This document shows positions 35,803 through 47,509 of a DNA stretch of 64,000 bases, in pieces (positions within the stretch are counted from its first letter, which is position 1; the number at the start of each line of letters is the position of its first letter). Origin of the DNA: Acidobacteriota bacterium (GTDB taxonomy: Bacteria > Acidobacteriota > Vicinamibacteria > Vicinamibacterales > 2-12-FULL-66-21); assembly GCA_046733875.1 (NCBI GenBank), contig JBKPQB010000010.1, forward strand, positions 690-64,689, written 5' to 3'. The notes beneath the pieces are model-generated. The model had not been told where the DNA came from, made no database searches, and saw only the letters and a program-made list of their open reading frames with translations. The position numbers and the translations under genes were made by a program.

Positions 35803-36837
35803 ATGAAACGATTGACCGATTACGCAGCCTGCGCTGGTTGAGCGAGCAAACTCGCCGCAGGCGAGCTCGCCCAGGTGCTGGGTGCCTTGTCCGTCCCGTC
35901 CGATCCTCGCGTGCTGGTCGACTACCGCACGGCGGACGATGCGGGTGTGTACAGGCTCGATGACACGCGGGCGCTCGTGCAGACGGTCGATTTCTTCACG
36001 CCCATCGTGGACGATGCGTGGACGTACGGGAGGATTGCTGCCGCCAACGCGCTGTCGGACGTGTATGCGATGGGCGGACGGCCGTTGACGGCCCTCGCGA
36101 TAGCGGGTTTTCCCAGAGATGCGGAGCCGTCGCTGCTCGGCGAGATCTTCCGCGGCGGCCTGGAGGTCCTGCAGGCCGCCCACGTGGCGCTCCTTGGTGG
36201 TCACACGGTGCAGGACGCCGAAATCAAGTTCGGCTACGCCGTCACGGGGGAGATCGATCCGGAGCGGATCTGGACGAATGCCGGCGCGCAGGCCGGCGAT
36301 CGTCTGATCCTCACGAAACCGATCGGCACCGGCGTCATCGGGACGGCGATCAAGTTCGAGCGGGCGCCAGCCGACGCAGTCGACGCCGCGATCGAGTCGA
36401 TGACCACGCTCAACCGCGCGGCGGCGGATGCGCTCGCGAGCTTGCCTCGAAGCGTCGTGCACGCGTGTACGGACATCACCGGCTTCGGCGTCATCGGGCA
36501 CGCGACGGAGATGGCCAACGCCAGCGGCTGCTCGATCGAGATCGCTGTGGACGCAGTTCCGCTGCTTCCCGGCGCGCTCGATCTCGTGGAGCGCAACACG
36601 CCGGGCGGAGGGCGGACCAACCGCGAGCATTTCAGCGGCGCGCTCGCGACTGATTATGGCGGTGATGCCCGGCGGGAGCAGTTGCTGTTCGATCCGCAGA
36701 CCTCGGGTGGTCTCCTGGCCTCCATTGCACCATCAGCGGTGGCCGAGGCAATCGCGGCATTGTCCGCATCAGGGGCCGGCGCGTGGATTGTTGGTGAGGT
36801 GACGGTGCGTGGGACGCAGGCCTTGCGGTTGCGCTGA
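35803..36837 (+). CDS. selD: Selenophosphate synthetase, itself a selenoprotein (UGA at codon 13, 35839-35841)
   Basis: ATG 35803 reads MKRLTDYAACAG-U-ASKL, in frame with the 35875 ORF (DDAGVY, QTVDFFTP, NALSDVYAMGG, LGGHT, TDITGFG, DPQTSGGLL). The UGA sits at the catalytic Cys/Sec of the U-x-x-K motif. Confidence 0.95.
35842..35870 (+). other. Putative bacterial SECIS hairpin of selD
   Basis: GCGAG-CAAA-CTCGCC-GCA-GGCGAG-CTCGC directly after the UGA. The upper stem CTCGCC/GGCGAG has a G-containing loop starting 16 nt after the UGA. Confidence 0.7.
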
Positions 36838-36950
36838 AGGTCAAGGGACGCCGCCATCGGTTGAGAGACTCCCCTCGAAGATGGTATAAATTGATGTTTT
36901 GTCCAGCCTGCGAGAAGTCCGGCTGAACGATCGAGGTCTGCTGACACCCC

Positions 36951-37376
36951 GTGCTCCCCAACCTGTCTGTCATCTGGGTCATCGTCTTGGTGCTGGTGTT
37001 GACGGTCGTCATCGACCGGCTGCTGTTGCGCCCGGTGCTCGAGGTCATTCGCAAGCGCGAAGAGGCGATTGAATCGGCGCGCGCGCTGGCAGAGCGGTCC
37101 GCGAGCGAGGCGCAGGCAGCCGCGAACGAGTTCGATCGCAAGACCACCGCCGCGCGGGCGGAGATCTATCGCGAGATGGATGAGATGCGGCGGGCGGCGA
37201 TGGGGCGCCGCGCCGAGATCGTTGCCGAAACGCGCGCGCAGGCGGAAGCGGCGGTGGACGAGGCGATTAAACGCCTGGACGCCGACGCAGCCGAAGCCCG
37301 GCGCCGGCTCGCAGAGGACGCTCAGACGCTGGGCGCTGCCGCCGCCGAGCGAATCCTCGGCCGGCAGGCGTCCTGA
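36951..37376 (+). CDS. ATP synthase F0 subunit b'
   Basis: N-terminal TM (SVIWVIVLVLVLTVVI), LLRPVLEVIRKRE, coiled coil ending ILGRQAS. First gene of the atp cluster. Confidence 0.9.
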   Translation: MLPNLSVIWVIVLVLVLTVVIDRLLLRPVLEVIRKREEAIESARALAERSASEAQAAANEFDRKTTAARAEIYREMDEMRRAAMGRRAEIVAETRAQAEAAVDEAIKRLDADAAEARRRLAEDAQTLGAAAAERILGRQAS

Positions 37377-37458
37377 CCCCGGCACGTTTCCAGTGAAGGT
37401 TGACCGCTCCCCGATGAGATCCGACTGTTCGATCAGCCGAATCGCGACGCGCATGTGC

Positions 37459-37683
37459 GAGTGGGCGGGTGCGTGGGCGAACGCGTGTGCGTGGGCGGTC
37501 GTTTTACTGATGCTCGCGTTGACGCTTCCGCTTGCGGCACGAGTCAACGCCGAGCAGCACGCCGAACCGGTAGCCGCACCCGTACCTGCCGTCGCTCACG
37601 CATCGGCACTCGCACCCGCTCACGCATCCGCACCCGCTCCCGCATCCGCACCCGCTCACGCATCCGCCCACGCCCCTGCCCCC
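37459..37683. repeat. Two mutually complementary hexamer arrays at the atpF 5' end
   Basis: GCGNNN units (GCGGGT, GCGTGG, GCGTGT) at 37465-37500 and GCWCMC/GCATCC units (x~15) at 37594-37683. Confidence 0.75.
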
Positions 37684-38187
37684 GAAGGCGGCGAAGAGCA
37701 CGGCTCCGGCTGGCTGGCGACGATCGCCAAGATCTTCAACTTTGCGGTTCTGGTCGCCGTCCTCGTGTATTTCCTGAAGTCGCCGCTCTCCACGTATCTG
37801 GCGTCGCGGATTTCGCGCGTTCGCGAGGATCTGGTCGCGGCGGCCGCGATGCGCGAGGAGGCGTCGCGGCGGCTCGCCGACATTCAGGCGAAGCTGCAGT
37901 CGTTGCCATCGGAGATCGACGCGCTGAAGGTGCGCGGTACGGAGGAGATCGCGGCCGAGCGGCAGCGGATCGAGCAGGCTGCCGAAGCGGAACGCCAGCG
38001 GCTGCTGGAGCAGACGCGCCGCGAGATCGAGATGCATTACCGTGTCGCGCGCCGGCAAATCCTCGAGCAGACCGCAACGCTCGCCGTCTCCATCGCGTCG
38101 GAGCGCATCAAGCGGACGATGACGCCGGACGATCAGGCGCGTCTCGTCGATCGCTACGCGGCGCAGATCACCGGAGCCGCGCAATGA
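37510..38187 (+). CDS. atpF: ATP synthase F0 subunit b with Ala/Pro/His-rich N-terminal extension (start uncertain: 37453 or 37510)
   Basis: KIFNFAVLVAVLVYFLKSPL TM, coiled coil, DQARLVDRY. ATGA overlap with atpH. Confidence 0.85.
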   Translation: MLALTLPLAARVNAEQHAEPVAAPVPAVAHASALAPAHASAPAPASAPAHASAHAPAPEGGEEHGSGWLATIAKIFNFAVLVAVLVYFLKSPLSTYLASRISRVREDLVAAAAMREEASRRLADIQAKLQSLPSEIDALKVRGTEEIAAERQRIEQAAEAERQRLLEQTRREIEMHYRVARRQILEQTATLAVSIASERIKRTMTPDDQARLVDRYAAQITGAAQ

Positions 38188-38735
38188 CCGCGCGCGCGGC
38201 GGCCAGACGCTACGCGCGTGCGTTGTTCGACGTCGCGCTGGCGGAAGGATCACCCGAACAAGCGCAGGGCGAGCTGCGGCAGTTTGCGGATCTCGTGCGC
38301 GGCAACGAAGCGCTGTGGAACGTGTTCGGGAATCCCGCGATTCCCGCCGCGCGCAAGCATGCCGTCGTGAAGGCGCTCCTCGACCGGATGGTGCCTCTCT
38401 CGGCGCCGCTTGCCAAGCTCTTGCTGCTGCTGGCCGATCGCGATCGGATGGTGCTGCTGCCGGACGTGGCTGACGCGTACGACGAACGGGTGCTGGACTA
38501 TCAGAACGTGATTCGCGGCGGCCTCACGACCGCGGTCCCGCTGGACGCTAATCGGCTGCGTGCGCTGGAAGGCAGCCTCGGCCGTCTCACGGGACGCCGC
38601 GTCATGCTGCAGCCGAACGTCGACCCCTCCATCATCGGAGGCGTCGTCGCGAAGCTTGGCAGCATCGTCTACGACGGCAGCGTCGCGACACAGTTGGAGA
38701 AGATGAAGGACAGTCTGATCGCGGGCACGGAATGA
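38184..38735 (+). CDS. atpH: ATP synthase F1 delta subunit
   Basis: [38 protein letters not shown]. Confidence 0.95.
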   Translation: MTARAAARRYARALFDVALAEGSPEQAQGELRQFADLVRGNEALWNVFGNPAIPAARKHAVVKALLDRMVPLSAPLAKLLLLLADRDRMVLLPDVADAYDERVLDYQNVIRGGLTTAVPLDANRLRALEGSLGRLTGRRVMLQPNVDPSIIGGVVAKLGSIVYDGSVATQLEKMKDSLIAGTE

Positions 38736-38772
38736 GTTCACGGCCGTCGGCCGTGATCGTGCGAGTTCACAT

Positions 38773-40296
<1,524 letters not shown>

Positions 40297-40331
40297 CGAC
40301 TCCGTTGGGAATGGACACGGACACGCAATAG

Positions 40332-41234
40332 ATGCCTTCGCTCTTAGACATCCGACGCCGCATCCGCGCGGTCAAGTCGACGCAGCAGATCACCAAGGCC
40401 ATGAAGATGGTCGCGGCGTCGCGGCTGCGCCGCGCGCAGGAGCGCATCCAGCATGCGCGGCCGTTCGCGATCGAGATGCTGCGGGTCCTCAACAGCCTGG
40501 CGACGAGAGTGGACCCCGGCTCGCACCCGCTGCTCGACCAGCGCCGAACGCCGCGCGCCGGAGGGAAGGCCCTGCTCTTCGTGATCACCGCCGATCGCGG
40601 GCTCTGCGGCAGCTTCAACACGAACGCGATCAAGGCGGCGAGCACGTTCATCGTCGAAGATCCGGCGCGCGAGGTGGCGCTGGGGCTCGTCGGTCGACGC
40701 GGCCGCGACTTCTTCGCGCGGCGCGGCTTCGAGGTGCGGTACGAGCACGTGAACCTCTTTCAGGCGCTGCAGTTCGAGCACGCGCAGGAAATCGCGCACG
40801 CGGCGATCCCGGAGTTCGTCGACGGGCACGTCGACAGCGTCTATCTCGTTTACAACGAGTTCAAGTCCGTCATCCAGCAGCGCATCGTCGTCGAGCGCCT
40901 GCTGCCGATACCAAGGCTCGATATCGAGCCGGCCGTTCCGCAGCCAGGCGTTTACGTCGGGGGCCCCACAGGTCCGCAGATCGAGTACCTGTACGAGCCG
41001 ACGGCGCCGGAGCTCTTCAGCGCACTGATTCCGCGCCACGTGGAAGTCCAGGCCTGGCGCGCGCTGCTCGAATCGAACGCCGCGTTCTACGCTGCGCAGA
41101 TGACGGCGATGGACGCCGCCACGCGCAACTCGGCCGAGATGATCGATCAGCTGACGCTGTACATGAATAAGGTCCGTCAGGCGGCCATCACCCGGGAAAT
41201 TATCGAAGTGGTCTCGGGTGCTGAAGCGCTTTAG
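40332..41234 (+). CDS. atpG: ATP synthase F1 gamma subunit
   Basis: TQQITKAMKMVAAS, DRGLCGSFN, NKVRQAAITREIIEVVSGA. Confidence 0.98.
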   Translation: MPSLLDIRRRIRAVKSTQQITKAMKMVAASRLRRAQERIQHARPFAIEMLRVLNSLATRVDPGSHPLLDQRRTPRAGGKALLFVITADRGLCGSFNTNAIKAASTFIVEDPAREVALGLVGRRGRDFFARRGFEVRYEHVNLFQALQFEHAQEIAHAAIPEFVDGHVDSVYLVYNEFKSVIQQRIVVERLLPIPRLDIEPAVPQPGVYVGGPTGPQIEYLYEPTAPELFSALIPRHVEVQAWRALLESNAAFYAAQMTAMDAATRNSAEMIDQLTLYMNKVRQAAITREIIEVVSGAEAL

Positions 41235-41293
41235 GGATGAATGGCGCGCGGCCGCGAGAGCAGCGAGAAAGCCTCTTGTGTTTCCAGATGTAG

Positions 41294-42781
<1,488 letters not shown>

Positions 42782-43240
42782 ATGCCGCTTCCCACCCACA
42801 TCGATCTCCAGATCGTCACACCCGACCGGCAGCTCGTCCGCGAGCCGGTCGATGAAGTGGAGATCCCCGGTAGCGAAGGCTATTTCGGTGTGCTGCCCGG
42901 GCACACGCCGCTGCTCGCATCGCTGGCGGTCGGCGAGCTGTGGTACCGCAAGGGGCAGGAGAAAACGTATCTGTCGGTAGCGTTCGGATTTGCCGAGGTG
43001 CTGCCGGACCGTGTCACAATTCTGGCTCAGATAGCCGAACGCGCCGAAGACATCGATCCCGCCCGAGCCGAGGAGTCACGCAAGCGCGCGGAAGCCAGGC
43101 TCACGCAGCCCAAGGCGGAGGTCGATTACGAGCGCGCCCGCGCTGCGCTGATGAAGTCACTCACGCGTCTTCAGGTCTCGTCGCGGATTCAGTTCGCCGG
43201 ACGCGTGGGGCGGCAGCGCATGCCGCCGCCACAGGGCTGA
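42782..43240 (+). CDS. atpC: ATP synthase F1 epsilon subunit
   Basis: IVTPDR, GYFGVLPGHTPL, GFAEV, helical C-terminal domain. Confidence 0.96.
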   Translation: MPLPTHIDLQIVTPDRQLVREPVDEVEIPGSEGYFGVLPGHTPLLASLAVGELWYRKGQEKTYLSVAFGFAEVLPDRVTILAQIAERAEDIDPARAEESRKRAEARLTQPKAEVDYERARAALMKSLTRLQVSSRIQFAGRVGRQRMPPPQG

Positions 43241-43249
43241 ACCCTTGAG

Positions 43250-44017
43250 ATGAAGCTTTCCTGGGCCGTCCGCACGGACCCCGGCCTGCGCCGCAGCAGC
43301 AACGAAGACAGCTACTGCACGCGCGCCGACCTGGGGCTCTTCGTGGTTGCCGACGGCATGGGCGGTCACGTGGCCGGCGAGGTGGCCTCCCGGATCGCCG
43401 TCGAAACCATTCAGACGTTCATCGGCGAGACCGCGGGCGCCGACAAGAACCGCACGTGGCCGTTCCCGTTCGAGCCGACGATCAGCCTCGATGGCAACCG
43501 CCTGAAGGCGGCGTTCCGGCTCGCCAACCGCCAGATCGCCAACGCGATGACGGACGCCGTGGATCTGCGCGGCATGGCGACCACCGCGTCCGCGCTGCTC
43601 GCGTCGCGGGAGCGCGCCTGCGTGGCGCACGTCGGCGACAGCCGGATCTACGTGCTGCGCGCCGGGAAGCTCGAGCAGATTACGAGCGATCACTCCTGGG
43701 TCGAGGAGCAGGTGCGCGCCGGCGCGATGACGCCCACCGCCGCACGCCAGCACCCGTGGCGGAACGTGGTCACGCGCGCGCTCGCCGGCGGCGACGATCC
43801 GGAGATCGACATCGTCGAGCTGACGCCGAAGCCGGGCGAACGATTCCTTCTGTGCTCCGACGGGCTCTTCACGGTGGTTCCGCACGACACCATCGTGCGG
43901 CTGCTGGACGAGCGCGTCTCGCTCGAACAGGTCTGCGAGCATCTGATTGCCGCCGCGAACGATGCGGGGGGGCCTGACAACGTGACGACCCTCGTCATCG
44001 AAATCGATGCTCCATAA
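43250..44017 (+). CDS. PP2C-type Ser/Thr protein phosphatase (Stp1/PrpC-like)
   Basis: RSSNEDS, VADGMGGHVAGEVAS, HVGDSRIY, LLCSDGL, GGPDNVT. Confidence 0.95.
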   Translation: MKLSWAVRTDPGLRRSSNEDSYCTRADLGLFVVADGMGGHVAGEVASRIAVETIQTFIGETAGADKNRTWPFPFEPTISLDGNRLKAAFRLANRQIANAMTDAVDLRGMATTASALLASRERACVAHVGDSRIYVLRAGKLEQITSDHSWVEEQVRAGAMTPTAARQHPWRNVVTRALAGGDDPEIDIVELTPKPGERFLLCSDGLFTVVPHDTIVRLLDERVSLEQVCEHLIAAANDAGGPDNVTTLVIEIDAP

Positions 44018-44798
44018 CCTCGCGAGGCTCCTGCGCTACCGCGGGTTGATCCACAGCCTCGTAGCGCGTGAGCTGAAGGCGCGGTATCGCGGATCCGTGC
44101 TCGGCTTCTTCTGGTCCTTCATCAATCCGCTGCTGCTGCTCGTCATCTATACGCTCGTGTTCAAGTACGTGATGCCGGGGAGCCACGGACCGGAGCTCGA
44201 GCCGTACGCACTGTTCATGTTCTGCGGGATTTTGCCGTGGACGTGGTTCGCTTCGTCGCTTGCCGAGTCGTCCAACGTCCTCATCTCCGGCGGTAACCTG
44301 ATCAAGAAAGTGCTCTTCCCGGCCGAGATCCTCCCGATCGTGACCGTGCTCGCGAACATGGTCCACTTTTTTCTCGGGCTGCCGATCCTCGCCGCGTTCT
44401 TGATCTACTACCGCCTCCCGCCCACGATCACGATTCTGTGGCTTCCGGTCGTCGTGCTCGTACAGCTGATCCTGACGCTCGGCTTTGCGCTGATCCTGTC
44501 CGCTCTGACGGTCCACTTCCGCGACATCCGGGACATCCTGGCGAACGTGCTGACGTTCTGGTTCTTTGCCACGCCGATCATCTATCCCTGGTTTCAGGCG
44601 CCGCCAGTCGCCCGGCGCTTCCTGAACCTGAATCCGTTCACGCACGTGGCGGTCTCGTATCAGGAACTGCTCTTCTTCCGCGGTCCGTTCGGACACCTGA
44701 AGCACCTGCTCCTGCTCGGCGTGCTTGCTGTCCTGTTCTTCCTGTTCGGCTATCTCGTGTTCGATCGGCTGCGGGACTCGTTTGCGGAGGAAGTGTGA
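44007..44798 (+). CDS. ABC-2 polysaccharide export permease (Wzm/TagG-like)
   Basis: RELKARYRGSVLGFFWSFINP, LIKKVLFP, FRDIRD, TPIIYP, LNP. Confidence 0.93.
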   Translation: MLHNLARLLRYRGLIHSLVARELKARYRGSVLGFFWSFINPLLLLVIYTLVFKYVMPGSHGPELEPYALFMFCGILPWTWFASSLAESSNVLISGGNLIKKVLFPAEILPIVTVLANMVHFFLGLPILAAFLIYYRLPPTITILWLPVVVLVQLILTLGFALILSALTVHFRDIRDILANVLTFWFFATPIIYPWFQAPPVARRFLNLNPFTHVAVSYQELLFFRGPFGHLKHLLLLGVLAVLFFLFGYLVFDRLRDSFAEEV

Positions 44799-46168
44799 TG
44801 GCCGCGTCAGGTACGCCCGCGATTGCTGTCAGCGATGTGTCGAAGATCTATCGCCGCTACAGCCACAAGCGGCAGTTTGCCACGCTTAAAAGCGCGCTGC
44901 TCTCGCGCAGCATCCTTCGCGACCTGCGGGCGGACGAAACGTTCGCCGCGCTGAACGGCGTCACGTTCACCGTTCCCGCCGGCCGTACGCTTGGCGTGAT
45001 CGGCCGCAACGGATCGGGCAAGAGCACGTTGCTGAAGCTCGTCGCCGGCATCACGAAGCCAACGGCGGGGACGGTGACCGTCCGGGGGCGCATCTCCGCC
45101 TTGATCGAGCTCGGCGCGGGTTTTCATCCGGAGATTTCAGGCCGCGAGAACGTCTTCATCAACGGCATCATGCTCGGCCTCTCGAAGCGCGAGGTCGCAA
45201 GGCGATTCGACGACATCGTCGATTTCGCGGAGCTTCGGGAGTTCATCGACGCGCCCGTCAAGACGTATTCGTCGGGGATGTACATGCGGCTGGGATTTGC
45301 CGTCGCGATCAACGTCGATCCGGACGTCCTGCTCGTCGACGAAGTGCTCGCGGTCGGCGACGAAGGCTTCACGCACAAGTGCCTCGACAAATTTGCGGAG
45401 TTCAAGCGCCGAGGCAAGACGATTCTGCTCGTGACGCACTCGCTTGGACTGGTCGAACGGTTCTGCGACGAGGCGTTGTGGCTGGACGCCGGGCAGGCCA
45501 GGGGCATGGGCGATCCGAAACGGATCGTCGGGGCCTACATCACCGACGTCGAGCACAGCGAGGAGCAGGAGCTGGCGGCGGGCGATGCTCGTGCGCAGAC
45601 GGCGGCGAGCGAAGCGATCGTCTCGCCCGACGAGCCCGCGTCGGCAGTGCTGCCCGATTCGCCGGTCGAGGCGGCGACGGCACCCGCCGACATGTTCAGG
45701 GCGGCTGAGGGACGCTGGGGTTCACGCGAAGTCGAGATCACGAACGTATCGCTGTGCGGGAACGACGCGGTACCGACGCACGTGTTTCAGGCGGGCAGCC
45801 CGATGCACGTGCGCATCCAGCTGCGCGCGCCCTTGGCGGTCGATGACTTCGTCGTTGGCATCGGCATCTTCAACGCGGAGGGCACGTGCTGCTACGGCAC
45901 GAACACGGCGATTGAGGATTTGGCACCGGAGCGCCTGAGCGGAGACGCCGAGGTGACCTTTGCGATCGATGCTGTCGATCTCGTGGAAGGGACGTACAAG
46001 CTGGACGTCGCCGTCCACAAAATTGACGGCTACCCGTACGACTATCACCGCCTGCTCTACACGTTCCGTGTGAAGTCGCGCGCGAAGGACGTCGGCATCT
46101 ACCGTCCGCGGCACGCCTGGCGATTCAGCGGCGGCGTCGAATTCCGGCACACCACGACAGGAGAATGA
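44798..46168 (+). CDS. ABC polysaccharide export ATPase with Wzt C-terminal domain
   Basis: GRNGSGKST, ELGAGFHPEISGREN, TYSSGMYMRL, DEVLAVGD, and a C-terminal beta domain after RWGSRE. Confidence 0.93.
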   Translation: MAASGTPAIAVSDVSKIYRRYSHKRQFATLKSALLSRSILRDLRADETFAALNGVTFTVPAGRTLGVIGRNGSGKSTLLKLVAGITKPTAGTVTVRGRISALIELGAGFHPEISGRENVFINGIMLGLSKREVARRFDDIVDFAELREFIDAPVKTYSSGMYMRLGFAVAINVDPDVLLVDEVLAVGDEGFTHKCLDKFAEFKRRGKTILLVTHSLGLVERFCDEALWLDAGQARGMGDPKRIVGAYITDVEHSEEQELAAGDARAQTAASEAIVSPDEPASAVLPDSPVEAATAPADMFRAAEGRWGSREVEITNVSLCGNDAVPTHVFQAGSPMHVRIQLRAPLAVDDFVVGIGIFNAEGTCCYGTNTAIEDLAPERLSGDAEVTFAIDAVDLVEGTYKLDVAVHKIDGYPYDYHRLLYTFRVKSRAKDVGIYRPRHAWRFSGGVEFRHTTTGE

Positions 46169-46641
46169 CCGCGTCTGTGCTGTCGTACCGCGCGCTCGAG
46201 GAATACGTCCGCGATGCGCGCGCGCGCGGACAGCGGATCGTGTTCACCAACGGCGTGTTCGACATCCTGCACCCGGGTCACCTGCGCTATCTACAGGCCG
46301 CGCGCGCGCACGGAGACCTGCTGATTGTCGGTCTGAATTCCGATGCATCGGTCCGCCGCACCAAGGGCCAGGGCCGGCCGATCAACCCTCAAGAGGAACG
46401 CGCGGAAGTGCTCGCGGCGCTGGACTGTGTCGATGCCGTGTCGATCTTCGACGAGGACACGCCAGCAGACATCGTTCGTCGCGTTTCCCCGGACATCCTC
46501 GTCAAGGGAGCGGACTGGCCCGAGGATCAGATCGTCGGGCGTGATACGGTCGAAGCGCGGGGCGGCATCGTCATTCGCGAGCCGATCGAGGCCGGCTACT
46601 CCACCAGCGCAATCATCGAGAAGGTGCGGCGAGTGACGTAG
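46165..46641 (+). CDS. rfaE2: D-glycero-beta-D-manno-heptose 1-phosphate adenylyltransferase (RfaE domain II)
   Basis: VFTNGVFDILHPGH, GLNSDASVRR, KGQGRP, LVKGADW, YSTSAII. Confidence 0.9.
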   Translation: MTASVLSYRALEEYVRDARARGQRIVFTNGVFDILHPGHLRYLQAARAHGDLLIVGLNSDASVRRTKGQGRPINPQEERAEVLAALDCVDAVSIFDEDTPADIVRRVSPDILVKGADWPEDQIVGRDTVEARGGIVIREPIEAGYSTSAIIEKVRRVT

Positions 46642-46668
46642 GCACCTCTTGATTATGCAGGGCACTCG

Positions 46669-47346
46669 TTAGGGGTGCCGCATCCGGCGCCAAAGGACCG
46701 CCGCGCCCGTGGCAATCAACAGAAGCGACGCCGGCTCCGGTGTGGCCGGGGCAGCATTGAATTTATAGGTGAACGTTCCGCCGGGGGCGAACTCGTAACC
46801 GAACTCCCCGAGCCGGAGGTCCGCATGCGCGATGCCGTCGCCGTGGACCATGATCGAAAACACGTCGCGCGCGTTGAGTCCTCGGGTGGATCCGGTCAGC
46901 GTGCCCGAAAACGCGAAGGGGGCCTTTGGGGTCCACGTCGGCGAGCCGTCGCTCGGCGCGTCGGCTCCGCGGGAACGGAACTGCCAGCGGCCGGCAAACG
47001 CCAGGTCGCTGTAAGCGACGCCATGATAGTAGACGTCGCCTGTGCCATAGGGCACGGTGCCGTCTGACGAGTTGTTCATGTCGAGGTGCTGGCCCGGAAC
47101 GCACGCCAGCGCCGCGCAACCGATGTCGAACCCGCTTCCGATGAAGCCGCCCAACGGCGGCAGGGTCATCGCGCTGAAACGGGCGTTGCCAATAGCGAAC
47201 CGGAATGTCCACTGATCGTCGGCAATCATCACGTAGCCCTGATCGAGCCCGATTGTCTCCGCCAGGGCGGCCGGCGCCATGGTCCACGACAGGCCGGTGA
47301 CGCCGGTGAGCAGAACGAAGGACCGCCAGAGAACCGTCCTGCGCAT
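46669..47346 (-). CDS. PEP-CTERM sorting-domain protein
   Basis: Signal peptide (MRRTVLWRSF...APAALA) and C-terminal TPEPASLLLIATGAAVLWRRMR. Confidence 0.88.
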   Translation of the reverse strand: MRRTVLWRSFVLLTGVTGLSWTMAPAALAETIGLDQGYVMIADDQWTFRFAIGNARFSAMTLPPLGGFIGSGFDIGCAALACVPGQHLDMNNSSDGTVPYGTGDVYYHGVAYSDLAFAGRWQFRSRGADAPSDGSPTWTPKAPFAFSGTLTGSTRGLNARDVFSIMVHGDGIAHADLRLGEFGYEFAPGGTFTYKFNAAPATPEPASLLLIATGAAVLWRRMRHP

Positions 47347-47509
47347 AAATGCTCTCCGTTTGCCGCCTATTCCCGACACGTTTCCGTTCGCGCCGGAAAT
47401 CGCACGCGCGCTTCAGACCGCACGCAAGGGAAGGGACCTGAACCGTAGGCCTTGGGCGTTGGCGTTGGGAGTTAACATAGAAGGTTCCCGCCTTTAGTGC
47501 GGCCATCCC

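Noticed and set aside
35803-35874. selD as a pseudogene or truncated gene
   Set aside because: The stop is UGA at the catalytic Cys/Sec position with a downstream hairpin; recoding explains it better.
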